A stretch of 64,000 bases of DNA, from positions 69,379 to 133,378 of the forward strand of contig DASRDO010000049.1 in NCBI GenBank assembly GCA_035652555.1. The letters are read 5' to 3'. The stretch comes from Steroidobacteraceae bacterium (lineage in GTDB: Bacteria > Pseudomonadota > Gammaproteobacteria > Steroidobacterales > Steroidobacteraceae). Below, one piece after another: positions 16,937 through 25,463 of the stretch. Position 1 is the first letter of the stretch. Each line of letters starts with the position of its first letter. Position numbers and translations under genes: made by a program. The notes below the pieces were generated by a model. It was not told the DNA's origin and made no database searches. It was given only the letters and a program-made list of their open reading frames with translations.

Positions 16937-17839
16937 ATGCCTCAGGAACCCAACCTTCTCAGTGCGCTCTCGGACCTGTTGGTGGCGCGATTCGCCGCCG
17001 CGCGTGCCAGCGTCGCCGCGGTCAGGCTCTCGGAGCGGGCCTACCTCGGCGCAATCCTATGGCGGCAGGATGTGCTGGTGACCTCGGAGCAGTCGCTTCC
17101 GGAGGGGAATGCGCTCGAGGCCATTCTTCCCGATGGGTCACGCATTGCCGGCAAGCTGGCCGGGCGCGACCCTGCGACCAATGTGGCGGTCATCCGCCTC
17201 GCCGCATCGGCGGCTGCACCCACTCTCTCGGCATCTGCGCCGCAGATCGGAGCACTCGCGATCGCGGCAGGCTCGGACGGAGGCGGCCGCGCGAGTGCCA
17301 GACTCGGCACGGTGAACGCGGTTGGCCCCGAGTGGCACAGCATGCGCGGCGGCCGGATCGATGCCCGGATTCAGCTCGACATGCGATTGGCGGGGAGTGA
17401 GGAAGGCGGACCGGTATTCGATGCCGCTGGCGGCTGGCTCGGTATGAGCACATTCGGTCCGCGCGGCCAGATCCTGGTGATTCCCGCAGCGACGATGGAG
17501 CGGATCGCCCCTGCCTTGCTCACGGGCGGCCGTGTTCCGCGCGGCTGGCTGGGCGTCGCGTTGCGCCCCGTGGCCGTCCCCGACGAGCTGCGGGAGTCGG
17601 CAGGGGAGACCACCGGCCTCATGGTCATGTCACTGAGCCCGGAAGGTCCCGCAGCCAGGGCGGGAATCGTCGCCGGCGACATCATTCTGTCTGTGGATGG
17701 CACGTCGGCGCGCCGCCTGCGGAACGTCCTCGCGCATCTCGGCAGCGATAGCGTCGGTAAGACCGCCGCGTTGCGTGTCATTCGCGGCGGCGCCGTCATC
17801 GCGGTGGAGGTTACGATATCGGAGCGGCCTGAGGCATGA
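16937..17839 (+). CDS. HtrA-like trypsin-fold + PDZ protein with all three catalytic residues substituted (predicted pseudo-protease)
   Basis: Start taken at MPQEPN (16937). Hand alignment to the neighbouring protease gives LVTSEQS (H->Q), NVAVIRL (D->N) and GSEEGGPV (S->E). The PDZ is retained (LMVMSLSPEGPAARAGIVAGDIILSVDG). Confidence 0.75.
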   Translation: MPQEPNLLSALSDLLVARFAAARASVAAVRLSERAYLGAILWRQDVLVTSEQSLPEGNALEAILPDGSRIAGKLAGRDPATNVAVIRLAASAAAPTLSASAPQIGALAIAAGSDGGGRASARLGTVNAVGPEWHSMRGGRIDARIQLDMRLAGSEEGGPVFDAAGGWLGMSTFGPRGQILVIPAATMERIAPALLTGGRVPRGWLGVALRPVAVPDELRESAGETTGLMVMSLSPEGPAARAGIVAGDIILSVDGTSARRLRNVLAHLGSDSVGKTAALRVIRGGAVIAVEVTISERPEA

Positions 17840-18396
17840 CGGACCCCGCCGCCGGATCGCTGACGCAGAATCTGCGTGTCGCGATCGCAGCCCGCGGCGG
17901 AGAGCGGATCGCTGCACTGGCGAAGCTTCTGCACTCGTTGGGCCACGAGGTCGTCGACAGTGAGGAACGCCCGGACGTTGTGCTGGCCGAGCAGCGTCGA
18001 CCGGAGGGAGGGCGCCATCCGACGGTCGTGCTGGGTGGCGCGGATGCCGAAGCGGACGGGCTTCTACCCGAGGATGCCGGCGCCGCGCAGATCGATGCTG
18101 CGCTGCGTGCCGTGGCGCGCGGGCTCATCGTCAGATCCGCGGGTGTGCGCACTTCGGGATTCAGCGCCGTTCAGGAGGCGGAAGCGCGGACACTCCTGAC
18201 ACCGCGCGAGGCGCAGATCCTCGATGCCATTGCCGATGGCCTCACCAACAAGGCGATCGCCCGGCGTCTCGGCATTTCCCTGCACACCGTTAAATTTCAC
18301 GTCGAGTCGGTATTTCGCAAGCTCGGAGCGCGCACCCGCACCGAGGCGGTCGTCAGGGCCAGCGAGCGCCGCCGCGCGGAGACGATCAACCTCTGA
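17836..18396 (+). CDS. LuxR/NarL-type HTH regulator with a degenerate receiver-like N-domain
   Basis: 186 aa. The C-terminal HTH reads LTPREAQILDAIADGLTNKAIARRLGISLHTVKFHVESVFRKLG. The N-domain has a receiver-like beta/alpha pattern but lacks the acidic pair (VAIAARGG) and has VVLAEQ at the phospho-acceptor strand. An ATGA overlap links it to the upstream gene. Confidence 0.85.
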   Translation: MTDPAAGSLTQNLRVAIAARGGERIAALAKLLHSLGHEVVDSEERPDVVLAEQRRPEGGRHPTVVLGGADAEADGLLPEDAGAAQIDAALRAVARGLIVRSAGVRTSGFSAVQEAEARTLLTPREAQILDAIADGLTNKAIARRLGISLHTVKFHVESVFRKLGARTRTEAVVRASERRRAETINL

Positions 18397-18612
18397 GGAC
18401 GGCGACCGCCGCCGTTACACTCTTCGCCGTTGACGATGCTCGCGATAGGCCTCGAAGACGGCCCGGTCGAGGTGCTCGGGACGGGCAGTGAGCGCCGCTG
18501 GCCCGAAGCCACGCGCCTGGGCCACGAGGCGAGCTGCAGCCGGCCGCCTGATTCCGCAACCGAACAGTGCCTCGGCGATGCCGTGAGGCTGGGCGATGAG
18601 GGTTGCGCGCAA

Positions 18613-20166
18613 TCAGCCCGCCTGTGCCGCGAAGATCTTGCGCACCGCCTCCAGGTCGTCCGCCTCTTCCGGCCGCTTATCATCCCGATAACGCTTCACG
18701 CGAGCGAGCCGCAACGCCATGCCACCCGGATAGCGGCTGCTTGCCTGCAGATCGCTGAAGGCTATCTCCGCTACGAGCTCGGGTCGCACGTACACCGTCC
18801 ATTGATCCCGATGCGTCTCGCGCGCGAGCAACTCCTTCGTCTGCCACTCCAGGATTGCATCCGTCAGCCCCTTGAAAGTCTTGCCCAACATCACGTATTT
18901 GCCCGATGCCCGATCGAGCGCGCCAAGATGCAGGTTGGACAGCTTTCCCGTGCGCCGGCCGTGCCCCCACTCCGCCGCGAGCACTACCAGATCGAGCGTG
19001 TGTGCGCGCTTGATTTTCAGCCAGCTGGCGCCGCGGTTACCCGCCTCGTACGGCGCGTCGAGAGATTTGGCCATGACACCCTCGTGTCCTGCCGCGAGCG
19101 CCGCCTCGTAGAAATTTCGGGCCTCCGTCGTGGAAGCGGTGATGATCCGCGGGACGCGTGTGTCGTCCGCAATGGCTGCGGCAAGCGCCTCGGACCGCTC
19201 TCGCAGTGGCCGATCGGCGAGGCTGCGGTCATCGACGCGCAGGCAGTCGAAGAAGTAGGCGCGGACGGGCAACTCCGTACGCAGCCTTTCGACCTCGAGC
19301 CGGCGGCCGAAGCGGCGCATCGTGACCTGGAATGGGTGTGGCCTTCCCGATGAGTCGTAAGCGATGGCCTCCCCGTCCAGCACCAGCGCTCGTGCCGGCA
19401 GGGCGCGCACGGTGGCAACGATCTCCGGCAGCGCAGCGGTTACCTCATTGAGCGTGCGGGTGTAGAGGCGAACCTCCTCGCCGAGCTTGTGGGCCTGTAC
19501 CCGAGCGCCGTCGAGCTTCCACTCGAGCGCTACTTCGCCGCCACCCAGCTCCTGCAGGGCCACCGCGACCTCCGGCGCTGTCTGTGCGAGCATCGGAGCA
19601 ACGGGAGAGAAGAGCTCGAGCTGGAACCGGTCGAGCCCCGCCGCACCCTCCGTCACCGCTGTGACCGCGACCGCTCCAAGATTCTTGGCGTACATGGCTG
19701 CACGCCGCACCTGGGCGACCGGAATTCGCCAGGCGGCGGCAATCGCATCGACCATAACTCCGGCGAGGGCGCCCTGGCGCAGCTCACCGACGAGGAGTCC
19801 AACCAGGAATGCGCGCTCTTCCGCGGTTGCTCTGGAGAAAAGGTCCTGCAGCGCCGCGCCTCTGCGTTCTGCCGACCCGCTGCCCCGGATGGCCGCCAGC
19901 CCCGCAATGTGACGGTCGGTTTGCGCGATTGTCAGCCCTGCCACCTCAGGAGGTTGTCCGCCGCCCGAAGCCGCCGCCTGCAGCGCGGCATATCCAATAT
20001 CGATCCGGCCCTGCGGCAGCTCGCCCGATAGATAGCTCACGGCGATCCCGACTTCTTCCGGCGCCAGCTTTCCGAGCAGCTCGGCGATGCTCCGTGCCTT
20101 CGTCAGCCGGGATGGTGTCGCACCGACGCGGGAGGATGTGCTGACGATCTCGGCAAGCAGGGTCAT
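18613..20166 (-). CDS. ATP-dependent DNA ligase (three-domain, mycobacterial LigB-like)
   Basis: Start taken at MTLLAEIV (20164-20166). Adenylation motif I is EWKLDGAR, followed by EGVMAK and WLKIK, and the C-terminal OB domain ends ...RYPGGMALRLARVKRYRDDK. The overall layout matches ~510-530-aa bacterial ATP ligases. Confidence 0.9.
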   Translation of the reverse strand: MTLLAEIVSTSSRVGATPSRLTKARSIAELLGKLAPEEVGIAVSYLSGELPQGRIDIGYAALQAAASGGGQPPEVAGLTIAQTDRHIAGLAAIRGSGSAERRGAALQDLFSRATAEERAFLVGLLVGELRQGALAGVMVDAIAAAWRIPVAQVRRAAMYAKNLGAVAVTAVTEGAAGLDRFQLELFSPVAPMLAQTAPEVAVALQELGGGEVALEWKLDGARVQAHKLGEEVRLYTRTLNEVTAALPEIVATVRALPARALVLDGEAIAYDSSGRPHPFQVTMRRFGRRLEVERLRTELPVRAYFFDCLRVDDRSLADRPLRERSEALAAAIADDTRVPRIITASTTEARNFYEAALAAGHEGVMAKSLDAPYEAGNRGASWLKIKRAHTLDLVVLAAEWGHGRRTGKLSNLHLGALDRASGKYVMLGKTFKGLTDAILEWQTKELLARETHRDQWTVYVRPELVAEIAFSDLQASSRYPGGMALRLARVKRYRDDKRPEEADDLEAVRKIFAAQAG

Positions 20167-20230
20167 GGCGCGGATACTGCCAGGGCACCACGGCACCTTG
20201 CACTATCGGCTGGGCTCGAGGCAGTGGACC

Positions 20231-20695
20231 TCAGCTCTGGAACGTTCCAACCGTTTCCGCCTGCGCGATGACGTGCGGGTGGGCCGCATCGATCACATCC
20301 TTGACGCTCGCCTGGCCGGGCACAGTCAGCTCCGGCACATCGAGCGCCAGCAGCCGGAAGTGGTAGTGATGCACCCCGTGGCCGCGTGGCGGCTGCGGCC
20401 CGTCGTAGGTGCGGTTGCCGAAGTCGTTGACCGCCATCGCGACCGGGGTTCCCGCCTTGGAAGAGCCGCTGTCTTCATCGAGGCCCTGGTATGCCGGCGG
20501 CACGTTGTAGATCGCCCAATGTCGAAAGGTGCCCTTGGGCGCATCGGGATCCTCGACGATCACGGCGAAGCTGCGCGTGTTGCGTGGCGCATCCTGCCAT
20601 TGGAGGGGCGGCGATACGTTGCCGCCATCCTTGCTGTACCGCTCCGGGATCTGCTGCCCATTCGGGAACGCCGGACTCACGAGGCTGAATGCCAT
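20231..20695 (-). CDS. YbhB/YbcL-family phosphatidylethanolamine-binding (Raf-kinase-inhibitor-like) protein
   Basis: Start taken at MAFSLVS (20693-20695). Motifs: SPPLQWQDAP, SFAVIVEDPDAP, HWAIYNVP, GHGVHHYHFRLLAL. Confidence 0.85.
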   Translation of the reverse strand: MAFSLVSPAFPNGQQIPERYSKDGGNVSPPLQWQDAPRNTRSFAVIVEDPDAPKGTFRHWAIYNVPPAYQGLDEDSGSSKAGTPVAMAVNDFGNRTYDGPQPPRGHGVHHYHFRLLALDVPELTVPGQASVKDVIDAAHPHVIAQAETVGTFQS

Positions 20696-20834
20696 GTTGC
20701 GTCTCCTCACTGATCGAGACCCTGGATGCAAGCAGCGGACCCGGGCTGTCCCTTTCGGGCGATTCACTGCCCGCCGCCCCCGCTGATATAGTTCGAGGCG
20801 AGCCCGCAACTCACTGCGTGGGAGGAGACCGGCC

Positions 20835-21473
20835 ATGCGAATCGGCGTACTCGGCTCGGGTACCGTCGGCACGACGCTCGCCGGCGGGTTCGCTGCTCAC
20901 GGCCACGAGGTGATGATCGGCTCCCGGCAGCCCGCGAAGCTCGCCGACTTCACCCGGCAGACTCGTGGCGTGCGCGCCGGTACTCCCGAAGAAACCGCGA
21001 AGTTCGCCGAGCTCGGGGTGCTCGCCGTGAAAGGCTCTGCCGCCGCCGCCATGGTGCGTGCTGCCGGAGCCGCCAACCTCGCAGGAAAGCCCCTGATGGA
21101 TACCACCAACCCGCTCGCTGATGCTCCACCGGTGAATGGTGTGCTCCGATTTTTCACCACGCTCGATGAGTCCCTCATGGAGCGTCTGCAGAAGGAGTTC
21201 CCGCAGATCCGCTTCGTCAAAGCGTTCAACTCCGTCGGCAGCGCGCGTATGGTCGATCCACAGTACGCCGCAGGCAGACCCAGCATGTTCATCTGCGGCA
21301 ACGATCAACCCGCCAAGGCGCTGGTCAGCGGGCTCCTCGACCAGCTTGGTTGGGAGACGGAAGACATGGGTGAGGTCGAAGCCGCCCGCGCGATCGAGCC
21401 CTTGTGCATTCTCTGGTGTATCCCGGGTCTGCGGGAGGGCCAATGGACACACGCCTTCAAGCTGCTCAAGTGA
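20835..21473 (+). CDS. NAD(P)-binding oxidoreductase, NADPH-dependent F420 reductase (NpdG)-like family
   Basis: 212 aa. The Rossmann N-terminus reads MRIGVLGSGTVGTTLAGGFAAHGHEVMIGSR. The size and C-terminal half are typical of the family. Cofactor use cannot be inferred. Confidence 0.8.
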   Translation: MRIGVLGSGTVGTTLAGGFAAHGHEVMIGSRQPAKLADFTRQTRGVRAGTPEETAKFAELGVLAVKGSAAAAMVRAAGAANLAGKPLMDTTNPLADAPPVNGVLRFFTTLDESLMERLQKEFPQIRFVKAFNSVGSARMVDPQYAAGRPSMFICGNDQPAKALVSGLLDQLGWETEDMGEVEAARAIEPLCILWCIPGLREGQWTHAFKLLK

Positions 21474-21946
21474 CGGCGCCCGACCGCTTCCGGATCAGGC
21501 CTATTCATCACGCAGACCATGATGGGTGGCGCCCCCTCTGGGATGGCTATAACGCCTTCTACGGTCGCAGCGGCGCAACGGCCCTGCCGGATTCGATCAC
21601 CCGGATGACCTGGCATCGCTTCTTCGATCCCGCGGAGCCCGTGCACGCCCTGGTGGCGGAGGATACCGAGCAGCACAAAGTGGTGGGCCTGGCTCACTAT
21701 CTCTATCATCGAAGCACGACGCGCCTGAACGACGTCTGCTATCTCCAGGACCTCTTCACCGACGCTGAGCTTCGGGGTCGCGGCATCGGCCGCAGGCTGA
21801 TTCACGCCGTGTACGAGGCTGCGCGTGAAGTCGGCTGCAGCCGTGTATATTGGCAGACGCAGGTCACCAACAGACCCGGTCGTGCCCTCTACGATCAGGT
21901 AGCGGGTCACCACGGTTTCATCGTCTACACGCACGAGCTCGCCTGA
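21470..21946 (+). CDS. GNAT-family N-acetyltransferase
   Basis: The acetyl-CoA motif is LQDLFTDAELRGRGIGRRLIHAVYEAA. Start taken at the GTG overlapping the upstream TGA (GTGA, 21470). ATG at 21443 or 21404 are alternatives. Confidence 0.8.
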   Translation: MTAPDRFRIRPIHHADHDGWRPLWDGYNAFYGRSGATALPDSITRMTWHRFFDPAEPVHALVAEDTEQHKVVGLAHYLYHRSTTRLNDVCYLQDLFTDAELRGRGIGRRLIHAVYEAAREVGCSRVYWQTQVTNRPGRALYDQVAGHHGFIVYTHELA

Positions 21947-21970
21947 GGAGACCGGGCTGGGGCGGCAAAA

Positions 21971-22933
21971 ATGCAGACATGGGTATCGCAGCTCGGGGCT
22001 CCGATCCTCTTCCTGTTGGTGCTGGCGCAGCAGGCGGGCCTTCCTTATCCCATCACACCCGTTCTGGTCATCGCGGGCGCTGCCTCCGTTCGCGGCGGTA
22101 CGCCGGCGGCTGCAGTAATCGCGCTCAGCGTCACCGCGGCGCTCATTGCCGATCTCGGCTGGTACGCGGCGGGCATGCGGCTCGGGGGCCGGGCGCTCAA
22201 GACGCTCTGCGCTCTCTCGCTCTCACCGGATTCCTGCGTCTCGGACTCCGAGCGCTGGTTCGGCCGGTTCGGCACGCGGGTCCTGGTCGTTGCGAAGTTC
22301 GTTCCCGGCCTCGGGCTGATCTCCTCCGCGATGGCCGGGGTAGCGCGCGCGCGGCTCGACGGTTTCGTGCTCTACGACGTGTTGGGTAACCTGCTCTGGG
22401 CAGGTACTGCGGTAGGCCTGGGTATTCTGTTTCACGGGGCGATCGCCGGCATACTGAGCGGCCTCGCCGAGCTCGGCTCCTGGGGAGTGGCGCTGGTCTG
22501 CGCGGCCATTGCGGCGTTCATCATCGTCAAGATCCTGCAGCGGCGTGCGCTCATCCGCGAGCTGGGGGAGTCCCGCATTTCGGTGCTGGAGTTGAAGAGC
22601 CTGGTCGACAGCGGCGGCAGCCCCGTCATCATCGATGCGCTCGCGCCGTCCACCCGATCGCGCGAGGGCATGATTCCCGGAGCGATCGGCGTCGAGGAGC
22701 TGAGGCTCGATTCCGGCTCCGCGTTGCTTCCTCATGATGCGGAAGTCGTCGTCTACTGCGCCTGTCCCAATGAGGCTTCCGCCGCGCGCATCGCGCAGCA
22801 ACTCATCCGCCTCGGCTGCGCGCGCGTGCGACCGCTCACCGGGGGGATATATGCGTGGAAGGAGGCCGGATTCGAGGTTCAGTTCAGGTACCTGGAGAAG
22901 AATGCGCTCGCCAGTGCCGCGGTGCGGACGTGA
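21971..22933 (+). CDS. DedA-family membrane protein fused to a C-terminal rhodanese domain
   Basis: 320 aa. The N-terminal ~190 aa form a DedA/SNARE-associated domain (FGTRVLVVAKFVPGLG). A TM segment follows, then a rhodanese domain (PVIIDALAPSTR...VVVYCACPNEASAARIAQQL...GGIYAWKEAG). Confidence 0.8.
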   Translation: MQTWVSQLGAPILFLLVLAQQAGLPYPITPVLVIAGAASVRGGTPAAAVIALSVTAALIADLGWYAAGMRLGGRALKTLCALSLSPDSCVSDSERWFGRFGTRVLVVAKFVPGLGLISSAMAGVARARLDGFVLYDVLGNLLWAGTAVGLGILFHGAIAGILSGLAELGSWGVALVCAAIAAFIIVKILQRRALIRELGESRISVLELKSLVDSGGSPVIIDALAPSTRSREGMIPGAIGVEELRLDSGSALLPHDAEVVVYCACPNEASAARIAQQLIRLGCARVRPLTGGIYAWKEAGFEVQFRYLEKNALASAAVRT

Positions 22934-24003
22934 AGCTGATCGCGATCGATTCCGGCGCGATCGACACAGATCTCTGGCTCGGCTTTCTTGCCCTGCGCGG
23001 TGCAGCTTGCGAAGAAAGCGTAGTGGCCCGCTCCTGGAAAGATGACGAGACGACTGCCGGGGACGTGGGCGGCAATATATTTGGCGTTGACCGTAACGGG
23101 CGCGATCGCGTCGGCCGAGCCGGCCACGATCTGCACGGGGATGGAAATCCTCGCGAGGCTGTCAGGCACGAGTACCGTGCCGAGCGCCGGGGCAATCGCG
23201 AACACCGCCCGCACTCTTGGGTCCCGATAGCTTGCGCCGGCGTCCCGAGTGGCGACTCGGTATGCGGGATCCGTCTTGAGCAGCGTGACCACTTTGTCGA
23301 TCAGGTTCGGGAACTCAGGCGGAGCGATGCAGCTGCGGCCGTGAGGGGCGCGCTCGCATGAGTCGAAGAGCCTGGCCGAGCTCCTGCCGCCGGCGATCTC
23401 GATCATCGTGTAGCCTCCGAGCGAGAAGCCGGCCGCGCCGATGCGATGCGGATCGATCCGTGAGCCGAATTGCGGATCGGCCAACATGCCGTCGATCGCC
23501 ACGCTCAGATCCCGCGCCCGCAGCCACCAGAGCGTGAATCCCTGCGCGGTATAAGGTTCGAGCGCGGTGTTCCCCGGATGATTCACCGCCACGGCCACGA
23601 GCCCCTGGGAGGCGAGTCGCGTGCCGAGCCAACCTAGGGCGAGCGCCGAGCCGCCCGTGCCATGAGAGATGACGACCAGCGGAAATTCCCGCGGGGCGGC
23701 CGCGAGATCGGCCTCGGGTGCGGCCCGGCCGGCGCGTGCGAGCGGTGCTCGGGGCGGTCCGATCCACTGTTGGGTTTCCCGGGCAGCGGGCGCTGCCGGA
23801 TACCAGACCGTGGCGAAGAGCGCGTGGGTCCTGGCCCCGCGCCAGTCATAGGGTTCCGGGGGCACGAACCGGCGTTGGGTAACGCCGACCTTGTACGCTG
23901 GGCGGACGGCATCGGCGGCCGCAACGCGTCCCGAGACGGCTACGACGAAGACAGCCAGGAGCAGTGCACCAGCCTTCACGTTCATCATGGAGTCAATTCC
24001 CAT
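22879..24003 (-). CDS. secreted alpha/beta hydrolase, PAF-acetylhydrolase / 'predicted dienelactone hydrolase' (COG4188-like) lipase family
   Basis: The signal peptide is MNVKAGALLLAVFVVAVSGRVAAADA, so the start is probably 23985-23988. Motifs: PLVVISHGTGGS and the nucleophile elbow GFSLGG. The 3' end overlaps the DedA-rhodanese gene by 55 nt (convergent). Confidence 0.8.
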   Translation of the reverse strand: MGIDSMMNVKAGALLLAVFVVAVSGRVAAADAVRPAYKVGVTQRRFVPPEPYDWRGARTHALFATVWYPAAPAARETQQWIGPPRAPLARAGRAAPEADLAAAPREFPLVVISHGTGGSALALGWLGTRLASQGLVAVAVNHPGNTALEPYTAQGFTLWWLRARDLSVAIDGMLADPQFGSRIDPHRIGAAGFSLGGYTMIEIAGGRSSARLFDSCERAPHGRSCIAPPEFPNLIDKVVTLLKTDPAYRVATRDAGASYRDPRVRAVFAIAPALGTVLVPDSLARISIPVQIVAGSADAIAPVTVNAKYIAAHVPGSRLVIFPGAGHYAFFASCTAQGKKAEPEICVDRAGIDRDQLHVRTAALASAFFSRYLN

Positions 24004-24008
24004 GTGGG

Positions 24009-25463
24009 CTACGGCAACGAGGCTTCGCGAGTAGCGGCGCTCGCCTCGGAAGTGCGCGCGCCGGGCCTGAGATACGTGCCGCGCCGGAGCGAGGCGCCCA
24101 CCAGCGCCGCTCCGAGCACGAGGCAGAGCCAGCCGAATAAATCCCCGATCCGGTCATAGAGCGTCGCTCCGCCCCGTCCGGAGAGAGGAAGCTCGCCGAC
24201 GAGGGTCGTGAACCCTGCAGTCGTTGGAGACTGCGCGACGATTCGCCCATAACGGTCGTTCAGTGTCAGGAGCCCATCGCGGGCGCTTCGCGCCATGGGG
24301 ACACCGTTCTCGACGCTTCTCAACACCGCATCGCGAGCATGAAACCATGCGTCGGCACCGAAATCCCACGCCGGCACAGCCAGCAGCTTCGGCCGCGTCG
24401 CCACCGCATCGCGGCGCAGCATGCGTTGGTAATCCATGTCGAGGCAGATCTCGAGTGCGGTACCCTCCGGCAATACGACTGGACCTGGACCCGGCTTGAA
24501 CACCGAAGATTCCAGGACGGGGACCAGGTGCCGCTTCTCGTATGTGATCGGGGCCGCTGCGCCGGGCCTGAAAGCCCAGGCAACATTCCGCGGCGCGCCA
24601 TCGACCAGCGCGGCGAACCCTGCCACGAGGGTTGCGCCCGCTGCGCGAGCCGCCGAGGCAAGCTTGCTCTGCGCGAGGGCTTGCAGGGCCGGCTCGATCC
24701 GCGAGATGTTCTCAGGCAGCACGATCAGCTGTACGCCGCGTCCGCGGAGCTGCTCGATCTGCGTGGCGTACGCATCGACCGCTGCGAGCTCCGCCTTGTC
24801 GTTCTCCTTCTGGTGCGGTCCCACCGTTTCGTTGCCGTCGATCAGGGCTACACGCATGCTGCCTGCTGCCGGTGTCGATATGCGCCAGTAGCCGTAGGCG
24901 GCATTCACGCTGAAGAGGGCGAGGGCGAAGATGACGGGAGCCGCGCTGCGGGCTCTCAGGCCGAGCGCCAATCCCGCGGCCACTGCGCCGATGAGGAAGG
25001 TGATGACGGAAAACCCGAGCAGCGCCGCGCTCTGCACCAGCACAGGCGCGCTGACTTCGGCCGTTGCGGGTGAGCCGATCGACCCCGCGGTTCCAGACAG
25101 CGCCAAGAGCAGATCGAATGCAGTCCACAGCGCGGCAAAGGTCAGGATGGCGGGTATCTCGCCGAGCGCGTGCCGGACGCGCCGCGAACCCATGACGGCA
25201 AGGGCAAAGAGCAGCCCCGGCACCACCGGGTAGAAGGCCAACACGGGCAGCGGCAGGATGCCGAGGTACGCCTGCAGCAGGTTGGTCGTTCCCAGTGCGA
25301 ACGCTGCCCACGATGTGAGCAGTACGATCCATGGCTTCGAGTCCCCGTAGGCGAGCCAGAGCACGGGCACGGGCGCAATCCACGCCAGCCACCACTGGGT
25401 GCCGAGCCCTAGGGAGAGATAAAATCCGGCTGCACTGAGCAGTGCGCACACGATCGCGATCAT
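24009..25463 (-). CDS. apolipoprotein N-acyltransferase (Lnt)-like membrane CN-hydrolase paralog
   Basis: 484 aa. The N-terminal region is polytopic. The C-terminal nitrilase-fold domain has an E/K/C triad in Lnt-like context (LIVLPENIS, YEKRHLVPV, LEICLDMDY). It is translationally coupled (ATGA) to the upstream TetR gene and ends 5 nt before the hydrolase start. Confidence 0.75.
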   Translation of the reverse strand: MIAIVCALLSAAGFYLSLGLGTQWWLAWIAPVPVLWLAYGDSKPWIVLLTSWAAFALGTTNLLQAYLGILPLPVLAFYPVVPGLLFALAVMGSRRVRHALGEIPAILTFAALWTAFDLLLALSGTAGSIGSPATAEVSAPVLVQSAALLGFSVITFLIGAVAAGLALGLRARSAAPVIFALALFSVNAAYGYWRISTPAAGSMRVALIDGNETVGPHQKENDKAELAAVDAYATQIEQLRGRGVQLIVLPENISRIEPALQALAQSKLASAARAAGATLVAGFAALVDGAPRNVAWAFRPGAAAPITYEKRHLVPVLESSVFKPGPGPVVLPEGTALEICLDMDYQRMLRRDAVATRPKLLAVPAWDFGADAWFHARDAVLRSVENGVPMARSARDGLLTLNDRYGRIVAQSPTTAGFTTLVGELPLSGRGGATLYDRIGDLFGWLCLVLGAALVGASLRRGTYLRPGARTSEASAATREASLP

